Below, in pieces: positions 24,491 through 24,553 of a stretch of DNA of 24,553 nt (within the stretch, counting starts at the first letter, position 1; every line of letters begins with the position of its first letter). The notes below the pieces were generated by a model. It searched no databases. It saw only the letters and a list, made by a program, of their open reading frames with translations, and was not told where the DNA came from. Location of the stretch: NCBI GenBank assembly GCA_027340875.1, contig DAIENX010000062.1:1-24553 (forward strand), written 5' to 3'. Source of the DNA: Elusimicrobiota bacterium (GTDB lineage: Bacteria > Elusimicrobiota > Elusimicrobia > Elusimicrobiales > UBA9959). The position numbers and the translations under genes are program-made.

Positions 24491-24553
24491 TTAAAGCGAA
24501 GTGGTCACCAGCGTCTCGGTGGAAAGGACGCCGGGGATGCCGCGTATCTCCTG
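24491..24553 (-). CDS. C-terminal fragment of an Lrp/AsnC ligand-binding (RAM) domain protein
   Basis: The - strand reads QEIRGIPGVLSTETLVTTSL*, matching the typical IRxIPGVxSTET end of AsnC/RAM domains. It is truncated by the window edge. Confidence 0.65.
   Translation of the reverse strand, partial: QEIRGIPGVLSTETLVTTSL

Overview
GC-rich bacterial chromosome segment, densely coding, with no mobile element, CRISPR array or RNA gene recognisable. An Elusimicrobiota-like origin is a tentative impression only. + strand (1-7896): the C-terminal part of a PfaA-like iterative type I PKS/FAS (at least 3 tandem ACPs, KR, DH) translationally coupled to an Sfp-type PPTase, then an acyl-CoA carboxyltransferase subunit, an MscS channel and a PrsA/SurA-like foldase, ending at a bidirectional terminator. 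- strand (24553 to 7972): the C-terminus of an Lrp/AsnC-type protein, an exported hypothetical, DUF192, then an operon of a small hypothetical, an orphan GlmL/MutL-like ASKHA ATPase and a barrel-sandwich/KOW protein. These are followed by a GT-C-type membrane glycosyltransferase, a Yej/Opp-like peptide ABC transporter, and a four-gene operon of uncharacterised membrane proteins (DUF6754-like plus three partners). Two candidates for undescribed biology stand out. (1) Every visible ACP has Thr (GIDT) instead of the canonical phosphopantetheinyl-accepting Ser, next to a dedicated PPTase. (2) The orphan GlmL-like ATPase module and the four-subunit DUF6754 membrane operon may form an unknown ATP-driven membrane system. 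All family assignments come from motif recognition by eye, not from database searches.
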